Assembly: GCF_001194135.2 (NCBI RefSeq)
Contig: NC_068998.1
Coordinates: 43,470,634-43,515,220 of the forward strand
Direction: 5' to 3'
Source: Octopus bimaculoides
Lineage: Eukaryota
Length of the DNA: 44,587 nucleotides
Part shown: positions 1-11,277 of the stretch, piece by piece
Layout: each line of letters opens with the position of its first letter
Position numbering within the stretch: position 1 is the stretch's first letter
Made by a program: the position numbers and the translations under genes
Notes under the pieces: model-generated
Told to the model about the DNA's origin: nothing
The model's database searches: none
What the model saw: only the letters and a program-made list of their open reading frames with translations

Positions 1-252
1 TGTTTCAGTCATTTGACTGTGGCCATGCTGGAGCACTGCCTTTAGTCGAGCCAATCGACTCCAGGACTTATTCTTTGTAAGCCTAGTACTTATTTCATCG
101 GTCGCTTTTTGCCGAACCGCTAAGTTACGGGGACGTAAACACACCAGCATCGGTTGTCGAACGATGTTCGGGGGACAAACACAGACACACAAACATACAC
201 ACACACATGTGGTTGGTAAGCAAGCTACTTACCACACAGCCACTCCTATGCC
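1..252 (-). mobile_element. SINE family A copy (tRNA-like head, CORE-like body), internally deleted, cut by window edge
   Basis: Matches the copies at 19152, 22748 and 39441 (gtttcagtcatttgactg...cacacagccactcc) but lacks the segment between the internal (CA)n and the head. Confidence 0.9.
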
Positions 253-854
253 TATATATATATATATACACATATAAATGCAATCAATGAAATTTGCACT
301 TTCTTGATTTTATTAAAATTTTTTTTATGAACACTAAAAGTTTTCAAGAAAAGTTAGCTACCACAAAAGTTACTTATCTTCCTTTCCTGGTGTAAACTGA
401 TCTCACTTCCCTTTAATAGTATATAAAACCGTAGTTAACTATCAGTTCTATGAATCTTTGTGGTTCAGAGCAGACAGAATTAATTAATTTAATTTGGTCA
501 AGATTTTTTAGTTTGTTTTGTCTTTCCTACTTAAATTACTTAAATTATATTTTCGGTTTGAAATTTCAGCTTGATAAAATTAAAATTTTTTTTTCTTATA
601 AACGAAATTTGTGGTTTAAAGAGCAACTTATTAGAAATCTGTTAAAATTCTTTATAAAATTCCACATCATCTTACAATCTTCAATTGCAGAAGATAAGTT
701 CATCCTAGCAACAAAATGAAATCACAAATGGTTGATTCATTACACTATCTGGAAATTGTCGTCATTACCATCATCATAATTATTATTATCCTCCTCCTCC
801 TCATCATCATTATTATCATCCACATCAGCATCATCATCATCATCATCATTACTG

Positions 855-1050
855 AAGTGGTATGCTGGCAGAATTGATAGCTTATCGGCATTTTATCCAG
901 TTGTACATTCCAAATTCGAATTCCTCTGATGTCGATTTTGCCCTTCATCCTTTTAGGGTCAATAAAGTAAGTACCGGTTGAATGCTGGGGTTCACATAAT
1001 TGACTCAACCCCTCCCCAAAATAGCTGCCCTTGTAGCAAAATTTGAAATC
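855..1050 (+). mobile_element. SINE family B copy (diverged)
   Basis: gctggcagaat head, ttcgaattcc B-box-like motif, ttcatcctttt-gggtcaataaa-taagtacc body, aaatttgaaatc end shared with the 10641 copy. Confidence 0.8.
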
Positions 1051-1069
1051 ATCATCGCCTATTATTATT

Positions 1070-1308
1070 AAGATGACAAGCTGGCAGAATCTTTAGCATG
1101 CCAGGCAAGATGCTTAGCGGTATTTTGGCTGACTACACATTCTGAGTTCAAATTCCTCTGAGGTTGAATTGGCCTTTCTTTTTTTTTTTATGTGTGTGTG
1201 TGTGTGTGGGGGGGGGGCTTATAAATTAAGTACTAGTGAAACACTGGGGCTGATCAACTAGTCCCCTCCCACCAAATTTCAGGCCTTTTGCCTTTCATAG
1301 AAAGGATT
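1070..1308 (+). mobile_element. SINE family B copy with internal T/(TG)/G tract
   Basis: aagctggcagaatc...ctgagttcaaattcc...gactagtcccctccc-like...aaatttcaggcc. Confidence 0.85.
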
Positions 1309-1309
1309 A

Positions 1310-1330
1310 GTATCATCATCATTATTATCA

Positions 1331-1368
<38 letters not shown>

Positions 1369-1605
1369 ATTATTATTATCATCGTTGTCATCATTGCTAT
1401 TGCTATCATTACAATGGTCCTCATTAGGATTATCACCACCACCACCACCACCAAAACTAACACCAGTATCCTCAGCATCGTTGTTGTCATCACCATCATC
1501 ATCATCACCATCGTCATCATCATCACTGTCATTGTCATCATCATTGTCATTTTTGCCATCATCGACACAACCACTGTCATCATCGTCATCATCATCATTA
1601 TCCAT
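1310..1605. repeat. (ATT)n/(CAT)n/(CAC)n compound microsatellite
   Basis: Directly visible; source of the poly-I/D/N/M ORFs. Confidence 0.95.
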
Positions 1606-1629
1606 GATGTTGTGGCTTGTATAACTTTA

Positions 1630-1850
1630 CTATTCATCACATCACCACACATCCTAGTCATTTGTCTTCCCTTTTGTGAATACCCAGTTTCCAATATCTG
1701 ATAGCACCACTTCCTCCAATATCTTTGTCTGCCTCTTCTGCCCACGGGGACTTCCATCAACAAGACCCAACATCTATCATAGCCTCTTCACACCAACACA
1801 ACCCAATATCTTTTCCTTAATATATTGGCCAACATTTCCATTGATCAGTT
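1630..1850 (-). mobile_element. Degenerate RTE-clade LINE ORF C-terminal remnant
   Basis: Minus-strand frame reads GVKRL**MLGLVDGSPRGQKRQTKILEEVVLSDIGNWVFTKGKTND*DVW, resembling the RTE C-terminal pattern V(E/D)G..GRGRP.KTW.EVV..DL..LG....T.DR..W. It contains stops. Assignment is by recalled motif. Confidence 0.5.
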
Positions 1851-2312
1851 ACTTCCATAGATCACTTGTAATCTGTGATCTACATTCCAAAATCAGCATT
1901 TTTAAAGCGGTTGAACATATCACTCTTTATCTGTGAAAAGTTAATTATTTCTCTCCATTCAAATGAACAAAGTTTATCTTAACCGATGACTTGTAGGACA
2001 CGAGCCGAAGACAAAAGGAACAAAAAAAGAAATAAAGGCAAGAAAATAGAGAAGAGAGAGCAATCATTCTTTTCTATGGAAAAAACCTACAGAGAAAGAG
2101 ATAAAAAAAATAACAAAAAATCATTAGAAATACATTTCAAAGGGATTTTTTTTTTCAACCATTCTAGTCATACATATTGTATTTAAATAGATCTTCTGAG
2201 TGTCAGAGATTTAAACAAAAAGTAAGAAAACAAGAACAAAAAAACAAAGAAAGAACACAATAATGGGATTAAAAGTGAAAGAAATATGTAAGAATGAATG
2301 TGAGTGGAGTCC

Positions 2313-2313
2313 A

Positions 2314-2345
<32 letters not shown>

Positions 2346-2422
2346 TGATGATAAAGATGATGATGATGATAATAATAATAATAAAGATGATGATAATAAT
2401 AATAATAATAATAAAGATGATG

Positions 2423-2453
<31 letters not shown>

Positions 2454-2613
2454 TACTAAAGATGATAATAATAATAATAATAATAATGATACTAAAGATG
2501 ATTATAATAATAATAATAATGATACTAAAGATGATAATAATAATAAAGATGATAATAATAATAAGAATGATAATAATAATAATGATAATAATAATAGTAA
2601 TAATAATAATAAT
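2313..2613. repeat. (AAT/GAT)n compound microsatellite with higher-order units
   Basis: Unit gatactaaagat(g/t)at(aat)n occurs three times (about 2451, 2487, 2521); aaagatgat units also recur. Confidence 0.95.
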
Positions 2614-2831
2614 AATCCATTCTAATAAAGTCTCAAGGCCTGCAATGTTGTGGGAGGGGACTAGTCGATTACATAGACCTCAGTATTTCACTGGTACTTA
2701 ATTTATCGACCCTGAAAGGATGAATGGCAAAATCGACCTCAGCGGAATTTGAACTCAGAACATAAAGGCAGATGAAATGCTTAACAGAATTTCGCCCTGT
2801 GTGCTAACGATTCTGCCAACTTGCCACCTTA
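2614..2831 (-). mobile_element. SINE family B full copy
   Basis: Reverse complement of the family B pattern (gaatttgaactcagaac, gctaacgattctgcca). Confidence 0.9.
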
Positions 2832-2865
2832 ATAGTAATAATAATGATGATGATGATAATAATAA

Positions 2866-2965
2866 TAATGGTTTTAAATTTGGGCACAATGCCAGTAATT
2901 TTGGAGGAGAAGGAGGTAAACTGAATGTGTTGGTCCCAGTGTTCACCTTGTATTTATTTTATCGA
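2866..2965 (-). mobile_element. SINE family B 3' fragment
   Basis: ttttaaatttgggcacaatgccagtaattttggagg matches the B tail variant at 4056. Confidence 0.55.
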
Positions 2966-3039
2966 TGCATATAGATATGTACATAAATACAAACATAAAC
3001 ACACAAGGATTGCATGACACTGTTCACTTATTTATTTCT

Positions 3040-3250
3040 CAAACAATATTTGAGTGCAACCAGATGTACCAGTAGACTATGTGAGTTTTGCTTAGTTTTG
3101 TCTGCCATAATAATTGCTTACAGTGCAGACACCTAGAGGCAAGACGTTAAGGGGAATCACAAGACACCAGAGAAAGGCTTGAACATGCATAACCGAAACA
3201 TAGCGTAAACAATAATCAAGATGAGGGCACCACTCCAACTAATGTGAACA
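3040..3250 (+). mobile_element. Diverged family C copy (homologue of 37803-38085) with hammerhead remnant
   Basis: 3160-3250 aligns to 37981-38070: caagacacc/caagaaacc, aaggct, ccgaaac/ccaaaaa, caagatgagg, aatgt. The 5' boundary is uncertain. Confidence 0.6.
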
Positions 3251-4055
3251 GTATACAGTCGTGGCCAATTAAGAGAATTTCTCCTATGTCCCAGAGAACC
3301 TGTTGTACTACTTAACAGAAGACAAGACTTAATCCACTTCTAATTTTTCATAAGCAGACATACACAATATTTTTTACTTCTTGTCCACTCTTGGATTAGC
3401 TCTTGTAGCAAAGAAATACAGCTTGGTTTTACAAAATTCTGCCACTAATATTTTTTACCCTGTTACTGCTACAGATCTGCAAATTCTATTCTGCTTGTAT
3501 CAGATGAAGGTTTACTCAAACAAAACTTCTATATTCACAGACTGCAGTTTTTGATATCATGAAAGAATCTCTACTGCTGGTGTTGTTTTCACAGTCTTCC
3601 AGATTACTTATTTGATTATTTGGGACATTCTCTATTAATTGTTCTCTAAACTTTTCCTTCTATTCTTCCTCTTGTTCGTTCAGTAGTGCAATTTGGTTTT
3701 GTGTGACTGATTGTTTTCATCATTTTTTGTGCAATTGTATTGGTCGTTTAGCAGAGTTATGCATGGTAGCCATTTTGGTTGTGAAAATGTAACGTGTGAA
3801 AATGAAATAGTTAGAAAACCTGTAATTATTTTTTCTTTTTTTTTTTTTCTGGTTTTACTCCCTGGATATCAATAGCAGACCTTCCTTATGCAATTATAGT
3901 TCTTTTTTCAAGTACACCAACCAAAATTTCATTTGATGAACCTTGAATAGACTGTGTTTTGAAGAGAGAAGAAAAAAAGACAGCTTTACACTAAGAGTGT
4001 CAAATAATAAAATAATAGAAGTAGTAGTAGTGGTGGTGGTGGTGGTAATAGTAGT

Positions 4056-4256
4056 GGTTTTAAATTTTGGAACAAGGCCAGCAATTCTGGGGGAGAGGGT
4101 AAGTCAATCACATTGACCCAAGGGCACAACTGGTACCTGCTTTATCATCCCCGAAAGGTTGAAAATTAAAACTGACTTGAGCTGAATTTGAACTCGGAAT
4201 ATGAAGATGAAGAAAATGCTGCTAAACAATTTGCCCCACATGATAACAGTTCCTAT
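4056..4256 (-). mobile_element. SINE family B copy (diverged)
   Basis: ccccgaaagg, gaatttgaactc, tgctaaacaattt motifs. Confidence 0.75.
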
Positions 4257-4307
4257 AATAATAATAATAATAACAATAATGACGACAATATTAATAATAA
4301 TAATGAC

Positions 4308-4342
<35 letters not shown>

Positions 4343-4343
4343 C

Positions 4344-4464
4344 CCCTTCTGAAATTTTTGGGGAGAAGACTAGTCGACTACATCAACCCCAGTCCGTAAC
4401 TGGTACTCATTTCATTGACCCTGAAAGGATGAAAGGCAAAGTGAAACCTGGTAGAATCTGAACT
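4344..4464 (-). mobile_element. SINE family B 3' part
   Basis: gactagtcgactacatcaaccccagt...gaccctgaaaggatgaaaggcaaagt. Confidence 0.8.
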
Positions 4465-4470
4465 CCACTA

Positions 4471-4653
4471 AGGTTTCAAATTTTCCTTCAAGAGCAGCGA
4501 TTTTGGGGAAAGGATGAGTCATTTACATCAACTCCAAAAGGATGAAAGGCAAAGTTGACCTTGGCAGAATTTGAACTTAGAACGTGGTGACAAATGAAAT
4601 ATCATTAAGCATTTTAACTGGTGTACTAACAATTCTGCCAGCTCACCAACTTA
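4471..4653 (-). mobile_element. SINE family B copy with internal deletion
   Basis: aaggatgaaaggcaaagttgacc...aattctgccagctcacc. Confidence 0.85.
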
Positions 4654-4687
4654 ATGATAATAATAATTATTATTATTATTTTTATTA

Positions 4688-4887
4688 TTTCAAATTTTTG
4701 CTACACGGGCAAACTTGGGGCAGAGCATTAAATCAATTACATCGACTGGTACTTATTTTATTGACCCCCAAAAGGATGAAAGGCAAAGTCGACCTCAGTG
4801 GAATTTGAACTCAGAACATAGCGACAGACGAAATACTGTTAATCATTTTGCCCAATGTTCTAATAATTCTGCCAGCTTGCTGCCTTA
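4688..4887 (-). mobile_element. SINE family B copy
   Basis: aaggatgaaaggcaaagtcgacctcagtggaatttgaactcagaac...ttctgccagc. Confidence 0.9.
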
Positions 4888-4898
4888 ATAGTTATCAT

Positions 4899-4899
4899 G

Positions 4900-4989
<90 letters not shown>
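4899..4989. repeat. (AAT)n microsatellite running into gap
   Basis: Directly visible. Confidence 0.98.
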
Positions 4990-5707
4990 NNNNNNNNNNN
5001 NNNNNNNNNNNNNNNNNNNNNNNNNNNNNNNNNNNNNNNNNNNNNNNNNNNNNNNNNNNNNNNNNNNNNNNNNNNNNNNNNNNNNNNNNNNNNNNNNNNN
5101 NNNNNNNNNNNNNNNNNNNNNNNNNNNNNNNNNNNNNNNNNNNNNNNNNNNNNNNNNNNNNNNNNNNNNNNNNNNNNNNNNNNNNNNNNNNNNNNNNNNN
5201 NNNNNNNNNNNNNNNNNNNNNNNNNNNNNNNNNNNNNNNNNNNNNNNNNNNNNNNNNNNNNNNNNNNNNNNNNNNNNNNNNNNNNNNNNNNNNNNNNNNN
5301 NNNNNNNNNNNNNNNNNNNNNNNNNNNNNNNNNNNNNNNNNNNNNNNNNNNNNNNNNNNNNNNNNNNNNNNNNNNNNNNNNNNNNNNNNNNNNNNNNNNN
5401 NNNNNNNNNNNNNNNNNNNNNNNNNNNNNNNNNNNNNNNNNNNNNNNNNNNNNNNNNNNNNNNNNNNNNNNNNNNNNNNNNNNNNNNNNNNNNNNNNNNN
5501 NNNNNNNNNNNNNNNNNNNNNNNNNNNNNNNNNNNNNNNNNNNNNNNNNNNNNNNNNNNNNNNNNNNNNNNNNNNNNNNNNNNNNNNNNNNNNNNNNNNN
5601 NNNNNNNNNNNNNNNNNNNNNNNNNNNNNNNNNNNNNNNNNNNNNNNNNNNNNNNNNNNNNNNNNNNNNNNNNNNNNNNNNNNNNNNNNNNNNNNNNNNN
5701 NNNNNNN
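4990..5707. other. Assembly gap (N run)
   Basis: Ns. A 10-N gap also lies at 6287-6296. Confidence 0.99.
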
Positions 5708-6123
5708 TATATATATATATATATATGTACATATATATGTATCTGTTTTGGTTTAAATATGTGCATGAATATGTATATGAAAGTAGTTAGAAATGCATAC
5801 ATACGAGTTTTAAAAATATCTATATGTATATTTGAATTGATAAATGCTTATGTATGATTCTACATATGTGAATGTTTGTGTGTGTGTGTGTGTGTGTGTG
5901 TGCGGGCACATATATATATATATATATATATAATGATGATGATGATAAAATGTGTGTGTGTGTGTGTGTGCATGTATGTCTTGTGTATAAGTGAGGGCTT
6001 ATATATACTTTTAAATACTTCACTCACAAATCATAGTGAGTACTTTCATGGTTTTTTTTTTCAAATACAAAACTATAAATCAAACATGCTGAATAAGTAT
6101 GTGTGTATATATACATATAGATA

Positions 6124-6159
<36 letters not shown>

Positions 6160-6196
6160 GGTATGTATATGTATATACACATGTATTTATATATGA

Positions 6197-6237
<41 letters not shown>

Positions 6238-6296
6238 CATGTTTATATGTGTTTGTGTAGATATATATATATATATATATATATATNNNNNNNNNN

Positions 6297-6329
<33 letters not shown>

Positions 6330-7150
6330 GCACACACACATACAATGTATGTATATAAGCATAAGGTATATGCATGTGTACATGTGCCTACCTGTCTGCA
6401 AATGTTTTGTAAGCTCACCCATATATACCCAAGTACATGTGTATAGAAAGACATGTCGCTTAGATACGTATTTTTTGTCATATACGCATTTTCCTTCTGT
6501 TTTTACATACATCTGTAAATCAAACACACTGAATATGTTTGTCCACCCCTGTACATGTGTTTGTGTATGTGATGCAAAAAAATTATGCATTCCACTGCAT
6601 ACGTGTATGCACGTGGATGTTCATGTGTGAAGGTGTCTTGTATGCATATGTTTATGTATCACAGTAAGTTTTCCCATAATCCAAACATATTTTCTGCATA
6701 TGTGTGTATGTATAACATGTGCATGTGAGAGTTGCACATACGGGTGTGTATGCACATGCACAAAACACATATATCTCTTGGTTATGGTTTTTTTTTTCGC
6801 TTTCACCCTCACAAGATATTCATATGCATTATGTATATAGTTTCTAAAATGTGCAATTAATTAATACGAAGATATCTTCAACTTGATAACGTCTCTTCTT
6901 TCTCATATGTATGCATATACATGTGTGTGTGTGTGTGTATAAGTGTGTGTATACATCTATATGTGTGTATATCTATATATACATATATATTTGTGTACGT
7001 ATATCAATAAATATATACACACACATACATATATATATACATATATATGTGTGTGTGTGTATATTTATATATGCACATGTACATATATATATATATGAGT
7101 ATATATATATATATATATACACACACACATATATGTATGCTTATATTTAT
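5708..7150. repeat. (TA)n/(CA)n/(TG)n/(CT)n microsatellite-rich region
   Basis: Directly visible. Confidence 0.9.
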
Positions 7151-7186
7151 ATAGATATTTTATTGGGTTAATATTTTTATATAAAT

Positions 7187-7290
7187 AAGGTGCAGTGAGT
7201 GGGGAGAATTGATAGCATGCCAGAGAAAATACTTAGCAGCTTTACTTCCGTCTTTATGTCCTGAGTTCAAGTTCCACCGAGGTCAACTTC
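7187..7290 (+). mobile_element. SINE family B 5' part
   Basis: gagaattgatagcatgcc...ctgagttcaagttccaccgaggtcaact. Confidence 0.75.
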
Positions 7291-7424
7291 TATTTACATA
7301 TCTATATATATATATATATTTGTTTTGCAAGATTTTTTATGTGAAATCGTGTGTTGAAACAGATGTTGTACAAAATGGCTGATAGTTAGCAAGGTGAGAC
7401 ACACATAAGAAAGAAGGAAACAAA

Positions 7425-7469
7425 GGACCACTGATGAGGTCACAGAAGTGTGACGAAAGAACTCTGGCC
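7425..7469 (+). ncRNA. Minimal type-I hammerhead ribozyme motif, catalytic core intact
   Basis: GGACCA-CUGAUGA-G-GUCACA(GAAG)UGUGAC-GAA-AG(AA)CU-C-UGGCC. CUGAUGA 7431-7437; perfect 6-bp helix II; GAAA 7455-7458; U16.1/C17 at 7463/7464; helix I GG-A-CCA/UGGCC with one bulge. Confidence 0.7.
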
Positions 7470-7489
7470 GAAATAAGATTAAGATTAAG

Positions 7490-8091
7490 NNNNNNNNNNN
7501 NNNNNNNNNNNNNNNNNNNNNNNNNNNNNNNNNNNNNNNNNNNNNNNNNNNNNNNNNNNNNNNNNNNNNNNNNNNNNNNNNNNNNNNNNNNNNNNNNNNN
7601 NNNNNNNNNNNNNNNNNNNNNNNNNNNNNNNNNNNNNNNNNNNNNNNNNNNNNNNNNNNNNNNNNNNNNNNNNNNNNNNNNNNNNNNNNNNNNNNNNNNN
7701 NNNNNNNNNNNNNNNNNNNNNNNNNNNNNNNNNNNNNNNNNNNNNNNNNNNNNNNNNNNNNNNNNNNNNNNNNNNNNNNNNNNNNNNNNNNNNNNNNNNN
7801 NNNNNNNNNNNNNNNNNNNNNNNNNNNNNNNNNNNNNNNNNNNNNNNNNNNNNNNNNNNNNNNNNNNNNNNNNNNNNNNNNNNNNNNNNNNNNNNNNNNN
7901 NNNNNNNNNNNNNNNNNNNNNNNNNNNNNNNNNNNNNNNNNNNNNNNNNNNNNNNNNNNNNNNNNNNNNNNNNNNNNNNNNNNNNNNNNNNNNNNNNNNN
8001 NNNNNNNNNNNNNNNNNNNNNNNNNNNNNNNNNNNNNNNNNNNNNNNNNNNNNNNNNNNNNNNNNNNNNNNNNNNNNNNNNNNNNNNNNNN
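7490..8091. other. Assembly gap (N run)
   Basis: Ns. Confidence 0.99.
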
Positions 8092-8242
8092 AAAAGTGGT
8101 CTCCTATATGCTAGAAATAGATGCCGAATCATCTAACCACGAAAAAAATATATGTTCATCGCTAAATTTTTACTGAGAACATATATTTTTTTTGTGGTTA
8201 GATGATTCGGCATCTATTTCTAGCATATAGGAGACCACTTTT
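8092..8242. repeat. 66-bp near-perfect inverted repeat with 19-nt spacer
   Basis: 8092-8157 is the reverse complement of 8177-8242 except G8141/T8193. Confidence 0.95.
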
Positions 8243-8773
8243 GCTGGTCATTCCTCTTATTTTTATATATATATATTATAGACATAGATTCTGCAGCTAA
8301 ATGATAGAGAGATGACAAGATTATCAATCATATATTATGCTGAGACCATGTCTGGAAATGCTTGGGTAATAATATGGACAAAAGGTTAAAGCGAAGATAA
8401 ATTATTTTTGACTACATAGTTGTGGATCATAAGGTCAAATTTGCTACTAATATTTCATTAGGTCCATTGTGAGAACATCATAGTCTGCTTTTCCTTCCCT
8501 CAACCAGTGTCTCATTAGTAGGTACCAAATCAATCAAAAAATATTCAAATCTAGGCCAGTTTTCTGTCAACTTCATGGTCTGCTTTGCTGTTATATCCAC
8601 AACATATTTTTGACCACAGGCTAAACGTGATGGTTGATGTTAACAACTAACTGTTGCACATAAAATTTTTCATATTTCTCTCTTCCTCTGTAATATCTGT
8701 ATTCGTTGTTATTGATGTGCCCCCACATCATTAGGTCTCTGGTTCCCCCTGCCCAACTCTATCTTGTAGCCTC

Positions 8774-8911
8774 GAGATTTTGATGGGGTAACTGTTAATT
8801 TTTACAATAATATTGTAGGTTTAATGTAAGACACTAGATCTGGCCAATTTGAACATAAAGCAATTGGAAAATTTTGTCTGGATATGGTCTGGTTAAATTC
8901 TACAGAGCTAA
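8774..8911 (+). mobile_element. 3' fragment of the MITE seen at 22233
   Basis: tttttacaataatattgtaggtttaatgtaagacactagatctgg resembles ttttaaaataatatagtaggttaggtgtgagaggcttgatctgg (about 22351-22395); gatatggtctggttaaa resembles gatatgactggttaaa. Confidence 0.5.
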
Positions 8912-10184
8912 ATATATATTTAAAAGAAATAGCTCCACATTTCATTTTGTCTCCCTGTGAACTGAATATACAGCAAACAGGGGTAATTATAATTGTTGTG
9001 TAGCCCCAGGTCACCCCCCTCCCCATCAAGCTGACTTATGGAATCTAAGTAGTTGAGCAAACAACTTGGTGCAACCCACAGATCCATGTTTACAGACTGA
9101 CAAAATTAATGGCAATAACACAATGAGCTTGATTCCATTCATACACCTATCTTATGAGTATTGGCTTTGGGCTTGTAAATATAATCAATAATTATACAGT
9201 TAAACAACATGTATGCATTGAATTACTGAGTGCATATAAACCTATAATTTATTTATATAATTTTTATTGTGCATCTTATAGTGTTGTAAATAATATGCAC
9301 ACTGTTTTTATTTTCTGAAAGATTCAGTGAATGTAATCAATGCTTCACTAAATTTGGTCATTCACTGACATGAAATATTTATTGCCACGAGCTTGTGTAA
9401 TGCATTCTTAGCTAGATTCCTATCTGCCAACATTTTCATGATTAGAAGGGGATGGCGCAGTGTTCCGTGTGTTGTTTCATTTGAGATGCGCGATGTCTGT
9501 ATTTTAGGTGCTGCTGTTGAAAGAGACTATGTTATCGAGTTCTTCCACCTATTCCCACCACCCCATAGATATTACAGAAGACCTGTCTACTTTCACACTT
9601 TATCTTAGTCAATGCAGAGAGATGGAGTATACAAAATAAATCATAAAAATACAGACATCATTTGCACACATTTACACATCAATGGGTAACAACAATTTCA
9701 GATTTTACAATTGTGTTTGCAGTCACCTGTTTTCTATTTTCATTTATTTCATCTTCACTTTGGTGCTGTTAAATATTCAGTTTAGAAGGCTTCTCCAACC
9801 ACTGCTTTTTTTTTTTTTTTCTGTTTTTATACAACCAACTGTTCCTGGTTCCTCCATCGCTCTCTGCAGACAGGTATAGAATGCAAGAAAAATATAATTT
9901 CCATGTTATTCCTTGACTGAGATTTGTGGCAAGAGGAATCATGGAATCGTAACAGAATAGCTAGACAGAATTAGTTCAATATCTACATTAGCAATCGATA
10001 TTTTGTCCTGAATCCCTAAAACTGGTGCCATAAAGAATTTTGGGCATCGATTTTTTATTTATTAATTTTAACTATTGTATTTGTTCTTTATTCTCAACTT
10101 ATTTACAATAAGAATATTACAAATGTAGCAAAAATAACAGCATTAATATAAATGTTATTATGAAGAGAATGGATGATAGAATTA

Positions 10185-10385
10185 GATGGTAGAATTAGCA
10201 GATTAAATGCTTCACTGAATTTGCTTTAAATCACTTTACTTTGTGAGTTCGAATTCTACTAGTGCCAGCTTTGCATTTTATCCCCATGGGCTCCATAAAA
10301 TAAACTACAAGTCAAGTGATTGGTCTATGTAATTAGCAATATTCTACCTCAGAATCTGTGGTTTTCAGCCTATGTTATAAATTAT
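10185..10385 (+). mobile_element. Highly diverged SINE family B copy
   Basis: gagttcgaattc B-box-like motif; ctttgcattttatcccc; aaaataaactac. Confidence 0.55.
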
Positions 10386-10604
10386 TATGGATAAAATGAT
10401 CCTGGATTAGTGAGATTCTTTGATTAGCCCATTGATTCTTGTGTGACGATGACTGCATAATAGATGCATTCACTTTCTGTGTATACTGTGTATACGTTTA
10501 TCTTATTTCTTTCTCTCTTTTTTTTTTTTTTTTGATGTAAACCCCCACACAAATTGTAAACTGTCTTTGCAATGTCCTCCTAATCTGAGACCCCAGTAGA
10601 AAAT

Positions 10605-10636
<32 letters not shown>

Positions 10637-10640
10637 GTTT

Positions 10641-10853
10641 AAGGTGATGAGCTGACAGAATTGTTAGCATTCCAAGCAGAATGCTTAGAGGCATTTCACC
10701 TGTCTTCACATTCTGAGCTTAAATTCTTCCAAGGTTGACTTTGCTTTTCATCCCTTTCGGGGTCGATAACCTAAGTACCAGTGAGACACTCGGGTCGATG
10801 TAATTGACTAGTCCCCTCCCCTCAAGTTGCCCTTGTGGCAAAAATTTGAAATC
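10641..10853 (+). mobile_element. SINE family B full copy flanked by (CAT)n and (CAT)(ATT)n
   Basis: aaggtgatgagctgacagaattgttagc...ttcggggtcgata...gactagtcccctccc. Confidence 0.9.
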
Positions 10854-10878
10854 ATCATTATCATCATCATCATCATCA

Positions 10879-10940
<62 letters not shown>

Positions 10941-10941
10941 T

Positions 10942-11161
10942 AAGGCAGCAAGCTGGTAGAAATATTAACATGCTGGACAAAATGCATAGCAGCATTTTCT
11001 CCATCTTTACCTTCTGAATCCAAATGTTACCAATGTCGACTTTGCCATTCACCCTTTCTGGATCAAACAAAATAAGTACCACCAACCTCTAGCATCGATG
11101 CAATCAACTATCCGCTGCCCCCAAAATTTCAGGCCTTGTGCCTACCTATATTAGAAATGAT
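10942..11161 (+). mobile_element. SINE family B copy inserted after the (ATT)n tail of the previous copy
   Basis: aaggcagcaagctggtagaa...gtcgactttgcc...aaaatttcaggccttgtgcc. Confidence 0.85.
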
Positions 11162-11277
11162 CATTATTGTTATTGACAACAGCAGGAAAGGTATGATTGA
11201 TCTTGGCTCTGTAAAACCTTCAAAGTTTTCACATAATTAAGATGTGTTTAAAATTGTTGTCCTCTATATTGAAGAAA

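Noticed and set aside
3500-3530. cagatgaaggtttactcaaacaaaac as another hammerhead
   Set aside because: Both core halves are mutated and helices I and III are absent. Minus-strand CTGANGA sites near 14250, 24225, 39345 and 43425 also lack helix II plus GAAA.
3254-3780. tacagtcgtggcc resembling a Tc1 TIR start, with faint transposase-like words on the minus strand
   Set aside because: There is no matching second TIR, and all frames are heavily interrupted. Too weak to call.
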